A program made the translations under genes and the position numbers. DNA of 64,000 nt from Candidatus Bathyarchaeia archaeon (GTDB lineage: Archaea; Thermoproteota; Bathyarchaeia; Bathyarchaeales; Bathycorpusculaceae), in the NCBI GenBank assembly GCA_050012255.1, contig JBEKHN010000001.1, positions 192,001-256,000 of the forward strand. Reading direction: 5' to 3'. The notes beneath the pieces are model-generated. The model searched no databases. It was not told the DNA's origin and worked only from the letters and a program-made list of their open reading frames with translations. Positions 29,123-38,690 of the stretch are shown piece after piece. Each line of letters begins with the position of its first letter. Within the stretch, counting starts at the first letter, position 1.

Positions 29123-30260
29123 GAACATACTCACAGGCGCACATTTCCTGAACGGCGACGTAGCATGCGCCGAGGCCGCGCTTGTTGCGGGCTGCCGGTT
29201 TTTCGCGGGCTACCCGATCACCCCTGCAACGGAGATCGCGGAAACCCTGTCTATGAGGATGCCTGAGCTTGGCGGAATCTACGTACAGATGGAAGACGAG
29301 ATCGCTTCAATTGCGGCGGTTATCGGCGCATCATACTCTGGTTTGAAAGCGATGACGGCCACTTCTGGACCGGGCTTCAGCCTGATGCAGGAAAACATCG
29401 GACTCGCCGTTATGACAGAAGCGCCCTGCGTCATCGTGGACGTTATGCGGGCTGGACCGAGCACTGGACAGCCAACGATACCTGGGCAGCAGGATGTTAT
29501 GCAGGCAAAATGGGGCTCGCATGGAGACTATGGTATAATTGCGTTGACGCCTTCTTCCGTTCAGGAGATGTTCGACCTTACGGTTGAGGCTTTCAACCTT
29601 TCTGAAACGTACAGAGTGCCAACGCTCCTGATGGCCGACGAGATCGTTGGCCACATGTGGGAAAAAGTGGTCATCCCGCCGATGGACAAGGTGAGGATAG
29701 TTAACCGCAAGAAGCCGAGTGTGTCACCTGAAGAGTATAAGCCGTTCTTGCCTGATGACGATTTGGTTCCGCCTATGGCCTGCTTCGGAGAGGGATACCA
29801 TTTCCATGCTACGGGCTTAACGCACAACGAGAGCGGTTATCCTAGAACTTCGAGCGCTGAGGACCAGACAAGGCTGGTCAACAGGCTGTGCGATAAGATA
29901 CAGAAGAACGCTGACAAGATAGTAAGAGTTGAAGAAGTTATGCTCGACGACGCGGATGTCGCAGTTGTAGCGTACGGCATAGTTGCGCGGGCCGCGTTGA
30001 GCGCCATAAAGAAGGCAAGAGAAAAAGGAATCAAGGCAGGATTGCTACGCCTGATCACGCTGTGGCCGTTTCCAGAAGAACACGTGGCAAAAGTCGCACA
30101 GCACGTTCGAGCAATCGCCGTTCCTGAGATGAACTGCGGACAGCTGGTGCGAGAAGTCGAAAGGGCAGCAAAAGAAACGCCTGTGACTTTTCTCTCAAAG
30201 CTGGGGGAAGAACCGCACACTCCGACGGAGATTCTTGACGCAATAAGGAGGGCTGCTTGA
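29109..30260 (+). CDS. korA: 2-oxoacid:ferredoxin oxidoreductase alpha
   Basis: FFAGYPITPATE, QMEDEIAS, TATSGPGFSLMQE. Confidence 0.92.
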   Translation: MLKAKNILTGAHFLNGDVACAEAALVAGCRFFAGYPITPATEIAETLSMRMPELGGIYVQMEDEIASIAAVIGASYSGLKAMTATSGPGFSLMQENIGLAVMTEAPCVIVDVMRAGPSTGQPTIPGQQDVMQAKWGSHGDYGIIALTPSSVQEMFDLTVEAFNLSETYRVPTLLMADEIVGHMWEKVVIPPMDKVRIVNRKKPSVSPEEYKPFLPDDDLVPPMACFGEGYHFHATGLTHNESGYPRTSSAEDQTRLVNRLCDKIQKNADKIVRVEEVMLDDADVAVVAYGIVARAALSAIKKAREKGIKAGLLRLITLWPFPEEHVAKVAQHVRAIAVPEMNCGQLVREVERAAKETPVTFLSKLGEEPHTPTEILDAIRRAA

Positions 30261-31105
30261 TGGTTCAGGAAATGGCGCATCCGTTTTCAAAGTACCTCCG
30301 AGCCGAGATGATGCCACACATATGGTGCACAGGCTGCGGTAACGGCGTTGTCCTCAACTGCTTCGCTCACGCACTGGACGAGTTGCAGTTCGATCTAGAC
30401 AAGCTCGTAGTGGTATCAGGCATCGGCTGCATCGGCCGAACGGCCGGCTACATAAACGCGGACTCATTTCACACGACACACGGACGCGCTTTGGCCTTTG
30501 GGACAGGAGTAAAACTCGCAAACCCCGAATTAGAGGTCATGGTGATAAGCGGAGACGGTGACCTCTTCGCTATAGGCGGAAACCACTTCATACACGCCGC
30601 CCGAAGAAACATAGGAATAAAGGTCCTCTGCGCCAACAACTTGAACTACGGAATGACAGGCGGGCAGCAGGGTCCGACAACCCCGCTTGAGTCGATAACG
30701 ACCACGAGCCCGTATGGAAACATCGAGCACCCGTTCAACCTCGTGCACTTGGCAGCAGCGTCTGGAGCTACGTACGTCGCCAGATGGACGACCCTGCACG
30801 TGCGCAGGCTGACACAGTCGATTAAGAGGATGCTGCAGAAGAAGGGCTTCTGCTTCATCGAAGTGCTTTCACCCTGTCCTGAGATATACGGCCGCTACAA
30901 CAAGATGCGGTCAGGTCTTGAGATGATGGGATGGTTCAGGAAGGCCTCAGTCATCGACAGCTTCTCAGACCCCTCAAAGGCGGAAATCACGCCTGAAAGA
31001 ATAGCAGTCGGCGAGTTTGTGGACGTTGAGAAGCTCAGTTACGAAAGAATGCTCCACGAGAAAATATCGAAAATAAACGAAGAAGCGATGGAGAAAGTGA
31101 GCTGA
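30257..31105 (+). CDS. korB: 2-oxoacid:ferredoxin oxidoreductase beta
   Basis: WCTGCG, SGIGC, HTTHGRA, GDGD, YGMTGGQ. Confidence 0.92.
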   Translation: MMVQEMAHPFSKYLRAEMMPHIWCTGCGNGVVLNCFAHALDELQFDLDKLVVVSGIGCIGRTAGYINADSFHTTHGRALAFGTGVKLANPELEVMVISGDGDLFAIGGNHFIHAARRNIGIKVLCANNLNYGMTGGQQGPTTPLESITTTSPYGNIEHPFNLVHLAAASGATYVARWTTLHVRRLTQSIKRMLQKKGFCFIEVLSPCPEIYGRYNKMRSGLEMMGWFRKASVIDSFSDPSKAEITPERIAVGEFVDVEKLSYERMLHEKISKINEEAMEKVS

Positions 31106-31106
31106 C

Positions 31107-31649
31107 GTGCGGGTTGAAGTTAGGTTTGCGGGCTTCGGCGGTCAAGGAATAATCAAGTCAGGCATAATCGTGGCCGCAGCAGCCTGTATACACGCCGGAA
31201 AGAACTCTGTTCAAACTCAGTCTTACGGTCCAGAATCAAGAGGCGGGGCATGCAAGTCTGAAGTCGTGATATCGGAAGAAGAGATAGACTTTCCGAAGGT
31301 GGTTCAGCCCGACGTCTTGATCCTTATGTCGCAACACGCGTATAATGAGTATGCAGCAGACGTCAAGCCTGGCGGCACGGTGATCATAGATCCGGACATG
31401 ATTCCCACGGAGAAGAACCTGGAAAATGCTAGGGTCTTCCGGGTTCCGGTCACCAAAATCGCAGAAGAACTTGGCAGAAGAATAGTCGCAAACATCGTCA
31501 TGCTAGGCGCGCTCGTCGCAATCACAAGACTGCTGGACGAAAACGCTGTCAGAGAATCGATCAAAGAGAACATACCTAAGGGCACCGAAGAACTAAACCT
31601 GACGGCTTTCGAAAAAGGCTACGAATACGGAAAAACACTCGCCGCGTAG
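31107..31649 (+). CDS. korC: 2-oxoacid:ferredoxin oxidoreductase gamma
   Basis: GFGGQG, SYGPESRGG, ANIVMLGA. Confidence 0.92.
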   Translation: MRVEVRFAGFGGQGIIKSGIIVAAAACIHAGKNSVQTQSYGPESRGGACKSEVVISEEEIDFPKVVQPDVLILMSQHAYNEYAADVKPGGTVIIDPDMIPTEKNLENARVFRVPVTKIAEELGRRIVANIVMLGALVAITRLLDENAVRESIKENIPKGTEELNLTAFEKGYEYGKTLAA

Positions 31650-31652
31650 GGT

Positions 31653-32276
31653 CTACTTAGCCTCTGTCGTCTGCGGCTTGGCTAATTGCGTCACAACTTT
31701 TGAACCCCTGATGCCCACGTGGCGCAACGGAGCAATCTTCTTGGCTTCGTTGTAAATGTCCGAAGCTATCTTTCCCAACACCATCTCCTGCGCAACCTGG
31801 TCCATCGTGAGCGCTGCGGCCTTTTCCTTTATGATCCTGTGCATGATTGCGCGAACGACTTTCTCTTGAGATGTCTTGATTCTTGAAAGCGTAAAAGCGC
31901 TAACAGCCACTCGCAGCGTGTACCCGTCTTTCGTCGTAACACCGAACAAGCCGTCAACTTTGGTCGTCCGTCTTCTCACAAGACTGCGCAAGTAATCTCG
32001 GGAGTATTCATGTCCCTTGAATATTGTCTTGGCAGTTTTGCCGTCAACTTCGGCTATTTGGAAGCGCATCTTCAGGTACTGATGAGCAAAGTCGTTCGTA
32101 ATGTCGTAGAGCGTTGAGTCAACGACTCTTCCGATCAGTTTCTCCGGCTCGTCCGCTGGCACTCCTCCCAGCTCAACGTTTCCAAAGTATGGTGGAGACA
32201 TCACCATGTACCATGCCTTGCCTCGCCACTTATCGCGCACACGCCTTGTCTTTGAGGACACGCTCTTTGAGGACAC
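31653..32276 (-). CDS. rps3ae: 30S ribosomal protein S3Ae (eS1)
   Basis: RDKWRGKAWY, TLYDITND, DYLRSLVRRRTTKVD, KKIAPLR. GTG start at 32276 after a GGAGG SD. Confidence 0.95.
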   Translation of the reverse strand: MSSKSVSSKTRRVRDKWRGKAWYMVMSPPYFGNVELGGVPADEPEKLIGRVVDSTLYDITNDFAHQYLKMRFQIAEVDGKTAKTIFKGHEYSRDYLRSLVRRRTTKVDGLFGVTTKDGYTLRVAVSAFTLSRIKTSQEKVVRAIMHRIIKEKAAALTMDQVAQEMVLGKIASDIYNEAKKIAPLRHVGIRGSKVVTQLAKPQTTEAK

Positions 32277-32324
32277 GCTTACCCTCCGAATGCAGCTTAA
32301 GTTCACAGCATAGTATTAAAAGTT

Positions 32325-33614
32325 TTACCGCTTTGGAGCTATTTTCTTGATGCCGCCCATGTATTTTCTCAACGCTTCTGGAACAACTACAGACCCGTCC
32401 TTCTGTTGATAATTTTCGATTATCGCAACGATAGTTCTGCCGGTGGCCAAGGCTGTTGAATTCAAAGTGTGCACCAACCCTTTTGGCGCTGCGCCTTCCT
32501 TTTCCCTGTACCTTATGTTTAGCCCTCGGGCCTGATAGTCTGTGTCGTTGCTGCATGAGATTATTTCCCTGTACGCGTTTTGCGCGGGCATCCAAGCTTC
32601 AACGTCGTATCTCTTCGCCGCAACCGTACCCATGTCAGCTGTACAAACATTGACAACTCGGTAGGCCAAACCGAGTTTTTGCACAAGCTCCTCAGCATTG
32701 CGTATTAGTTCCTCATGAATTGCCCATGAGTCTTCGGGCCTGCTGAAAACAAACTGTTCAACCTTGTTGAACTGGTGCGTTCGGAATATGCCGCGGGTGT
32801 CTTTGCCGTGTGCGCCTGCCTCTTTTCTGAAGTTTGTGCTTACACCGATAAGCTTCAGCGGCAAGTCCTCAGCTTTCAGCACCTCGTCCATGAACATCGC
32901 TGCCATCGGATGCTCCGAAGTTGCGATTAGATACAGGTCTTCATCTTCAACCTTGTAGAGCACGTCTTCGAAATCGCTTAGGGCCACGACGCCTTCGTAC
33001 GGTTTTCGTCTCATGAGGAAGGGCGGTTCTATCGGCGTGTAGCCTTTTTCGGCTATCTCTTCTAGAGCAAAGTTGATCAAAGCCATGTCGAGGAGAACCC
33101 CGTCACTTCTTAGGTAGAAGAAGCGTGCTCCAGCAATCTTTCCAGCTCTTTCAACGTCAACTATGTTGAGGTTTAGGCCCAGGTCCATGTGGTCCCTCAC
33201 TGGAAAACCGAATTTGGGTATGTCACCCCACTTTCTTATTTCGACATTGCCATTCTCGTCCTTGCCAAGCGGAACAGTGTCGTGCAGAAGGTTTGGAAGG
33301 CGCAACAGGTAATCGTGAACCTTCTCTTCGCACTCTGTTACTTGCTTTTCCAGTTTCGTGATTTTGGCATCAACATGTTTTGCTTTCAACATTTCGCTGC
33401 TTGAATCCGTTCCTCTCTTTTTGGCCTCAGCAATCTTGGCTGTTACCTGTCTCCTTTCATGTCGCAGATTATTCAACTGTGTCAGGTACTGTCGCCATTT
33501 TCTGTCGTAGTCGATCAGTCCATCGAGCATCTTTAGGTTGTCAGGGTCTCCCCTCTTCTTCAGGTTGTTCCTCACAAGCTCAGGGCTTTCGCGGATCAGT
33601 TTGATGTCCAGCAT
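32325..33614 (-). CDS. serS: Serine--tRNA ligase
   Basis: MLDIKLIR, LIATSEHP, FRKEAG...GIFRTHQFNKVEQF, HTLNST. Confidence 0.97.
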   Translation of the reverse strand: MLDIKLIRESPELVRNNLKKRGDPDNLKMLDGLIDYDRKWRQYLTQLNNLRHERRQVTAKIAEAKKRGTDSSSEMLKAKHVDAKITKLEKQVTECEEKVHDYLLRLPNLLHDTVPLGKDENGNVEIRKWGDIPKFGFPVRDHMDLGLNLNIVDVERAGKIAGARFFYLRSDGVLLDMALINFALEEIAEKGYTPIEPPFLMRRKPYEGVVALSDFEDVLYKVEDEDLYLIATSEHPMAAMFMDEVLKAEDLPLKLIGVSTNFRKEAGAHGKDTRGIFRTHQFNKVEQFVFSRPEDSWAIHEELIRNAEELVQKLGLAYRVVNVCTADMGTVAAKRYDVEAWMPAQNAYREIISCSNDTDYQARGLNIRYREKEGAAPKGLVHTLNSTALATGRTIVAIIENYQQKDGSVVVPEALRKYMGGIKKIAPKR

Positions 33615-33714
33615 GCTTTCACTCGCAACCTCTAGGTCTAGCCTTGAATTAGCTATTTAACCTTACGATAAAGCACATTCAATATGCTGGAGACGACTCT
33701 GGCTACGAAGTCTC

Positions 33715-33963
33715 TCACTCAAGCTTTCTTGCTGCTTGAAGAACTCGCTCAGCTGTTGATGCACAAAAGAGAAGGTCGTCGATTGTGGCAATGAATGTTG
33801 CGAGTTTTCCACGGTAGTTTACGTAAGTGATGACTCTCGTTGACTGCCATGATGTTTTAATAGACAGACCACTCGGCGTTTTTAGGTTGTCAGGCGAAAC
33901 TGCTTTGGCAACAGCCTCAGCAAGTCTCACATCGTCGTATTCCAGTGCTATTTCAGCTTCCAA
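33715..33963 (-). CDS. pcc1: KEOPS complex subunit Pcc1
   Basis: Size, A.AV..AVSPDN, ATIDDLL. Conserved position after the DHH gene. Confidence 0.75.
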   Translation of the reverse strand: MEAEIALEYDDVRLAEAVAKAVSPDNLKTPSGLSIKTSWQSTRVITYVNYRGKLATFIATIDDLLFCASTAERVLQAARKLE

Positions 33964-35416
33964 TCTTCTCGCCCTTGAGCTGTTTGCCGACGAGTTCGTT
34001 TACAGTTTTTATGAAGTCATCGATGTTTCCAATCGAGACTTGCGCGCCTGCGGCTATGTTGTGTCCGCCGCCGTTTCCATGGAATTTTTCGGCGGCAACC
34101 TGCATCACTTCGCCTAGGTTGACGCCTCTGTTTATGACGGTGTCCATGGTTCTCGCTGAGATTTTTGCGATTCCTTCGTCTTGCAAGTTTGCGTATGCGA
34201 TCAAGGGTTTCTCCGGGTTTGGAAGACTTGAAGTAAGTATGGACGAGATCGCTCCGACCATTTTGTCGTCGATGAAGTCTTCGCCGTAAACGACGTATAT
34301 GTTTTCGAACTCTTTCATTCTTTCGGGCTTCTCCATCACCCAGCCGAGGTACTTGTGTATGGTTCTTCTGTAATCCTCAAGCACTTTGTTGGCTCCCTCA
34401 AGCGCCGAACCCCTGTCGCCCATGCAGACAGCCACGCCGAGACCAGCCTTGCCCATACGACCAGTTGCGTTCAACAAGACGGCAAATTCACGGGCATCCC
34501 TGAGCGGGGTCCAAGGCTCCTCACTACAAAGAACGTAAACATGCCCGATGAGGCTCGACACCTCGTAATGTAGACCTTTAGAAACCAAGTGCTCAGCCAA
34601 CTTTGAGCACAACCGTTTCTTTTCGTCTTCAGAGAGGTCCCTCAAGGCGCGCCACTTGTCCCCAACCCTTGGCTCGATACCCAGGCTTTTCAAGAAAGCC
34701 AAGCTCTTGTTCTCGTCCCCGCTTATGTCTGGGATGAATGGGCTTGTCGTCGAAGCCAGCGCTCTAATGATTGGCCGAGTTTCCCTGCCGAAGAAAACTA
34801 GGTCTTTGTCAACGGTCAGGAGACCTGAGTTTGTTGCATCCTCAACGATCTTTTCATTCAGCCCCTTCAGCATGCGCTGGTCATATTTGTCCTGCATGTC
34901 TCCGAGGGCGCCGACAACGGCGACGGGCGATAGGTCAACGTTCACCTTGTCCAGAGCCTTAGCCACAAAGTACGCAACGCCGGAACCGCTGATGTCTCGA
35001 GCCCCATCGACCCCGTGCAGATGGGGGTTCACGTGGACAATGTTGTCTGACTCTTTGCCGACGATTTGATGATGGTCCAAGATTACAATTTTGAAGTCTG
35101 GAAGTTTCTGGCTGAGCAGGTCAACGTAACCGCTTCCCAGGTCAGTGAAGATTATGAGCTGAGGCTTGTCTGAAAGAACTTCGCCGACGATCTTGTCCTC
35201 AATCCACTGGGTTATGCGGATTCGAAACCTCGCGTCCAGCCTCAACAGCGCTTTTCCTATGATTCCGGCTGCGGCAACCCCGTCAGCGTCCAAATGCGAG
35301 AAAACGTGTATCAACCCGTCTTGCCTGACAGTTTCTGAGATTGTTTTGGCTGCCCTTTCAGCCAGACCTAAAAAACCAGCGGCCTGATCTTCGAAAGCTG
35401 AGGCCATGACAATCAC
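33953..35416 (-). CDS. DHH family phosphoesterase (RecJ/Cdc45-like)
   Basis: HLDADG, DLGS, LDHH, GGGHNIAAGA. Confidence 0.92.
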   Translation of the reverse strand: MIVMASAFEDQAAGFLGLAERAAKTISETVRQDGLIHVFSHLDADGVAAAGIIGKALLRLDARFRIRITQWIEDKIVGEVLSDKPQLIIFTDLGSGYVDLLSQKLPDFKIVILDHHQIVGKESDNIVHVNPHLHGVDGARDISGSGVAYFVAKALDKVNVDLSPVAVVGALGDMQDKYDQRMLKGLNEKIVEDATNSGLLTVDKDLVFFGRETRPIIRALASTTSPFIPDISGDENKSLAFLKSLGIEPRVGDKWRALRDLSEDEKKRLCSKLAEHLVSKGLHYEVSSLIGHVYVLCSEEPWTPLRDAREFAVLLNATGRMGKAGLGVAVCMGDRGSALEGANKVLEDYRRTIHKYLGWVMEKPERMKEFENIYVVYGEDFIDDKMVGAISSILTSSLPNPEKPLIAYANLQDEGIAKISARTMDTVINRGVNLGEVMQVAAEKFHGNGGGHNIAAGAQVSIGNIDDFIKTVNELVGKQLKGEKIGS

Positions 35417-35501
35417 TTTAGCCTAGGAACCCAGTTATTTAAAGCTAGCCAACTTTTCTGGTTGGTCTGTGTTTCTGGATTAAACGTAAAAAAAGAGGAG
35501 T

Positions 35502-35570
35502 TTAAGCCTTCCGCACCGCTATGCTGCCGTCGCTGTTCTTCTCCATTCGTAGAGACGTTCCGCACGTCCC
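35502..35570 (-). pseudogene. C-terminal remnant of a small (possibly Zn-ribbon) gene
   Basis: GTCGTSLRMEKNSDGSIAVRKA-stop followed by a T-rich terminator. The 5' part is replaced at CGCGCGCG 35570. Confidence 0.45.
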
Positions 35571-35689
35571 GCGCGCGAATCTTCGTGCGTTGCTGCGCAC
35601 ACTGTAAAACAACTACCAAACGAATAGAAGATTTCTCCACAAACCTTATCATTCCGTTAAACCAAACGTGATTAGGAGAAGGGGGAGGA

Positions 35690-37751
35690 GTGAGTACTAG
35701 CAAGATTCGCTGTAGTGCTCTTTTGCTTGTCTTTGTAATTCTGGTTTCAACCGTTTGTTTGCCTGTAACTGCTGCAAGCGCTACGGTGCAAAATATCGCT
35801 GTTACGAAGCTTATCGACGAACCCTACTATAAGAAGACATTGTTTGTAATAACAACTGACCAGACGACTTATCACATAATGGTTGAGGCCAACATCACAA
35901 CAGCGGGTAACGAGACTCTAATACAGCTCAGTGCAACCCTTTACAACCCGCAGAATGAGACAATCACAGCTTCTGCCCAAATACCTGACACTCTGACGGA
36001 TGCTCCTTATTACAGTGGACCGGTAGAAGCTTTTCACCTACACCTCGAAAAGTGGGTAGTTGATTTACTAAAATTCTGGCTTCCCATCGTCATAGTGGTG
36101 GCGCTCGTTGCTCAGGTTATTCTCATAGTTGAAGGCTATATCACGCAACCAGTTCTGGAACCTTTGAAAACGGTCCTTTTTGGCGGGCCTTTCATATACG
36201 CTTCCTTGCCGCAGGTTCTGTTGACACTGTTGCAAGACACAAACATATCAGACGGTTCATATGTATGTTCCTTATTGGCCACCTAGCCCTCATATCAATT
36301 TGATTCTGCAAAAATGTTACTTCATAGCCACAAGCTTGAACTGGTGGAGAATAAAGGAACAGGAAGTATATACTGACATACCTATTCCTTTCGACGGTGT
36401 CTGGCACATCGTATGGTTTACCTACTTTGTTGCTAAGTGGTGGAGTTCACGTCAACAATCTATTCCGCTACCGCCGACTGCTGAATTCGTGTGGAGACCA
36501 AACCAACCTGTCGTGAACGAAAATGTAAGTTTCACATCGACTAGTTTCGCTCCAAATGGAACGATTACAACTTATCAATGGTGGCTCGGAGATGGAAATC
36601 AAAAAACAGATATGAACTTCACGTATGTTTACAACAGTGCTGGCAACTACAACGTAACGCTAAAAGTGACAGATAACAATGGCCTTACTGGCAACGTTAC
36701 TCACACGGTAAGCGTGCAACCTTCAGTCGCAGCAACCTTGAGAGTTATTCCAGACCACTTACAGGTAAGCGTGCAAATAGGACAAAATGCAACTGCACAG
36801 TTTCTAGTAGGAGAAACTCTTAACCGATCGGACTTACTCGGTGTGAATTTCAAGGCATTTGATTTATCGAAAACTTTCGAGAATCAGATAATCTCTTCTG
36901 GGAACGTGACCTTCAATAGGAATGGGATTAATGTGACGAAAGGAACCTATACGAATGTGACTGCAACGTTCCAAGCACCGTCAGATTCATCATTAGGGTG
37001 GTATTCTGGAAACATTACAGCCACAAGCACAAACGGAGGAAACAGCACAATCTTTGCTGACTTATTCGTTTATGGTCCACCTGTTGCAAACTTCACTTGG
37101 AATCCACTAACACCAAAAGTCGGAGAAGTGGCAACATTTGACGCGGCATCATCAATACCTAGCGGTGGTTCCATCGTGGATTACGAATGGAACTTTGGAG
37201 ACGGTCACACGGCATCTGGACAAACAACAGTGCACACTTATACAACTGCAACAATCTACACGGTAACACTAAACGTTACAGATAGCAATGGTCTGTGGAA
37301 CACTACGCAAGAGCAAGTGCAAGTAGTCCAGCCACACGGTCCAAAAGCAGAATTTACTGTAGTTCCTGAAACCGCAAGTATCGGCCAACTCGTGAAGTTT
37401 GATGCTACAAGTTCTCAGCCAGGATGGAATGGCACGAACCAAATGCCAATTACCAAATACAGTTGGGACTTCGGAGACGGAAACAATACTAACACAACCG
37501 CTCCGATAATATCTCACTCCTTCAGTAGTTCAGGGATATATTACCCAACTCTGACCGTCTACGCAAGCGGAGCTACACCAGAAACCGACACGATAACACA
37601 GAGAGTGCTCATCATTTCAACACCGGTTGGAGGCTACTCAGTTTCTATAAAAGGATACAACACGGCGTTGCCATCGTCTTTCTATCTCGCAACATTAATA
37701 CTGCTATCAGCCGTTTTCACAGGAATCAGACGCAAGAGACGAAGGAAATAA
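35690..37751 (+). pseudogene. Secreted PKD-domain surface protein, frameshifted near 36260
   Basis: Signal-peptide ORF 35690-36286 overlaps ORF 36261-37751, which has three PKD repeats (WxFGDG) and a C-terminal PVGG-TM-RRKRR anchor. Confidence 0.75.
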
Positions 37752-38135
37752 TACAAGCTCAAACGGTCAAGATGCTTCTTGACCACTTGTTCCGTCGCGC
37801 CCGCGCTTTTGCCACAAGAGGCGCACATTGAGTTCGCGCGCGCGATGCCTACGTCAAAGAGATAATGGCCGCGGGGTTGGATAAGCTTACGAACCTGATA
37901 AGGATCTGCGGTTTCTTGATGCAGAAAGGTGTACCTTTTCTGGAGAAAAGAGAATCGACTCTTCTTTCCAAGATTCTCGTGAGCTTTCCATAACTGGTTT
38001 TCAATTTTCATGTTAAAACTGCCTGGCCTGCGTGGACTTCGCTTATTTACGACGTTTTTTCTCTCTTAGTCGAAAGCTTTCGAAGCTGGCAAACGTACAT
38101 AGGTTTGAAGAATCAAGATTCATCCGCGTGATAGT

Positions 38136-38504
38136 ATGAGCAAGTCAGTTGGAAAAAACTCAACGGGCCCCGAGGCGGGTTATGAGAACCGCTTCATGGC
38201 TTTGGAAGAGATTGAATTGCTTCTTAGATCCAGACACGTAAAGCTGGAAGATTTGTTTGATGTTCTAGGGAATTCAGATGATGGCTGCCTGGATTTCAAC
38301 ATTGGAGACATTGCAATCCAGTTTGTGCGCGGTTTTGGTGTTTGGTCTGATAGAAGAGACGTGATTCAAGTAACAGCTGAGCTGCTAGCCACAGCCAAGA
38401 AAGGCAATGTAAGTGAAATGGTGGGCTATGAATATACATTTGATGAGCTCAGAAGATTGCGTTCGGAGAAACTCGCAAAGATTGAATGTTCAGGAGAAGA
38501 GTGA
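38136..38504 (+). CDS. Hypothetical protein
   Basis: ATG-start 122-aa ORF whose stop abuts the next ATG. Confidence 0.6.
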   Translation: MSKSVGKNSTGPEAGYENRFMALEEIELLLRSRHVKLEDLFDVLGNSDDGCLDFNIGDIAIQFVRGFGVWSDRRDVIQVTAELLATAKKGNVSEMVGYEYTFDELRRLRSEKLAKIECSGEE

Positions 38505-38690
38505 ATGAGAGAAAACTACATGGTTGAAAAAGACAAGATTGTCCGTACCAACCCTTTCTGTCCAAGATGCGGCGAAGGAGTCTTCATGGCAGACAAAGGT
38601 GAATGGTGGTCATGTGGAAAATGCGGAGACAGATATAGCAAAAAAACCATTAAAGTTCATAAATACAAAGTGAATACCTGCGGCCAGTGA
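38505..38690 (+). CDS. Ribosomal protein S27ae (eS31)-like Zn-ribbon paralogue
   Basis: Y.VE.DKIVR.NPFCPRCGEGVFMA....WSCGKCG matches the eS31 pattern. Confidence 0.75.
   Translation: MRENYMVEKDKIVRTNPFCPRCGEGVFMADKGEWWSCGKCGDRYSKKTIKVHKYKVNTCGQ

Noticed and set aside
23240-35416. 6-nt GCGCGC/CGCGCG occurrences inside core genes (e.g. ~25888, ~26335, ~31507, ~34042, ~34647)
   Set aside because: About a dozen of each hexamer is expected by chance, and the genes are intact across them, so they were not counted as scars.
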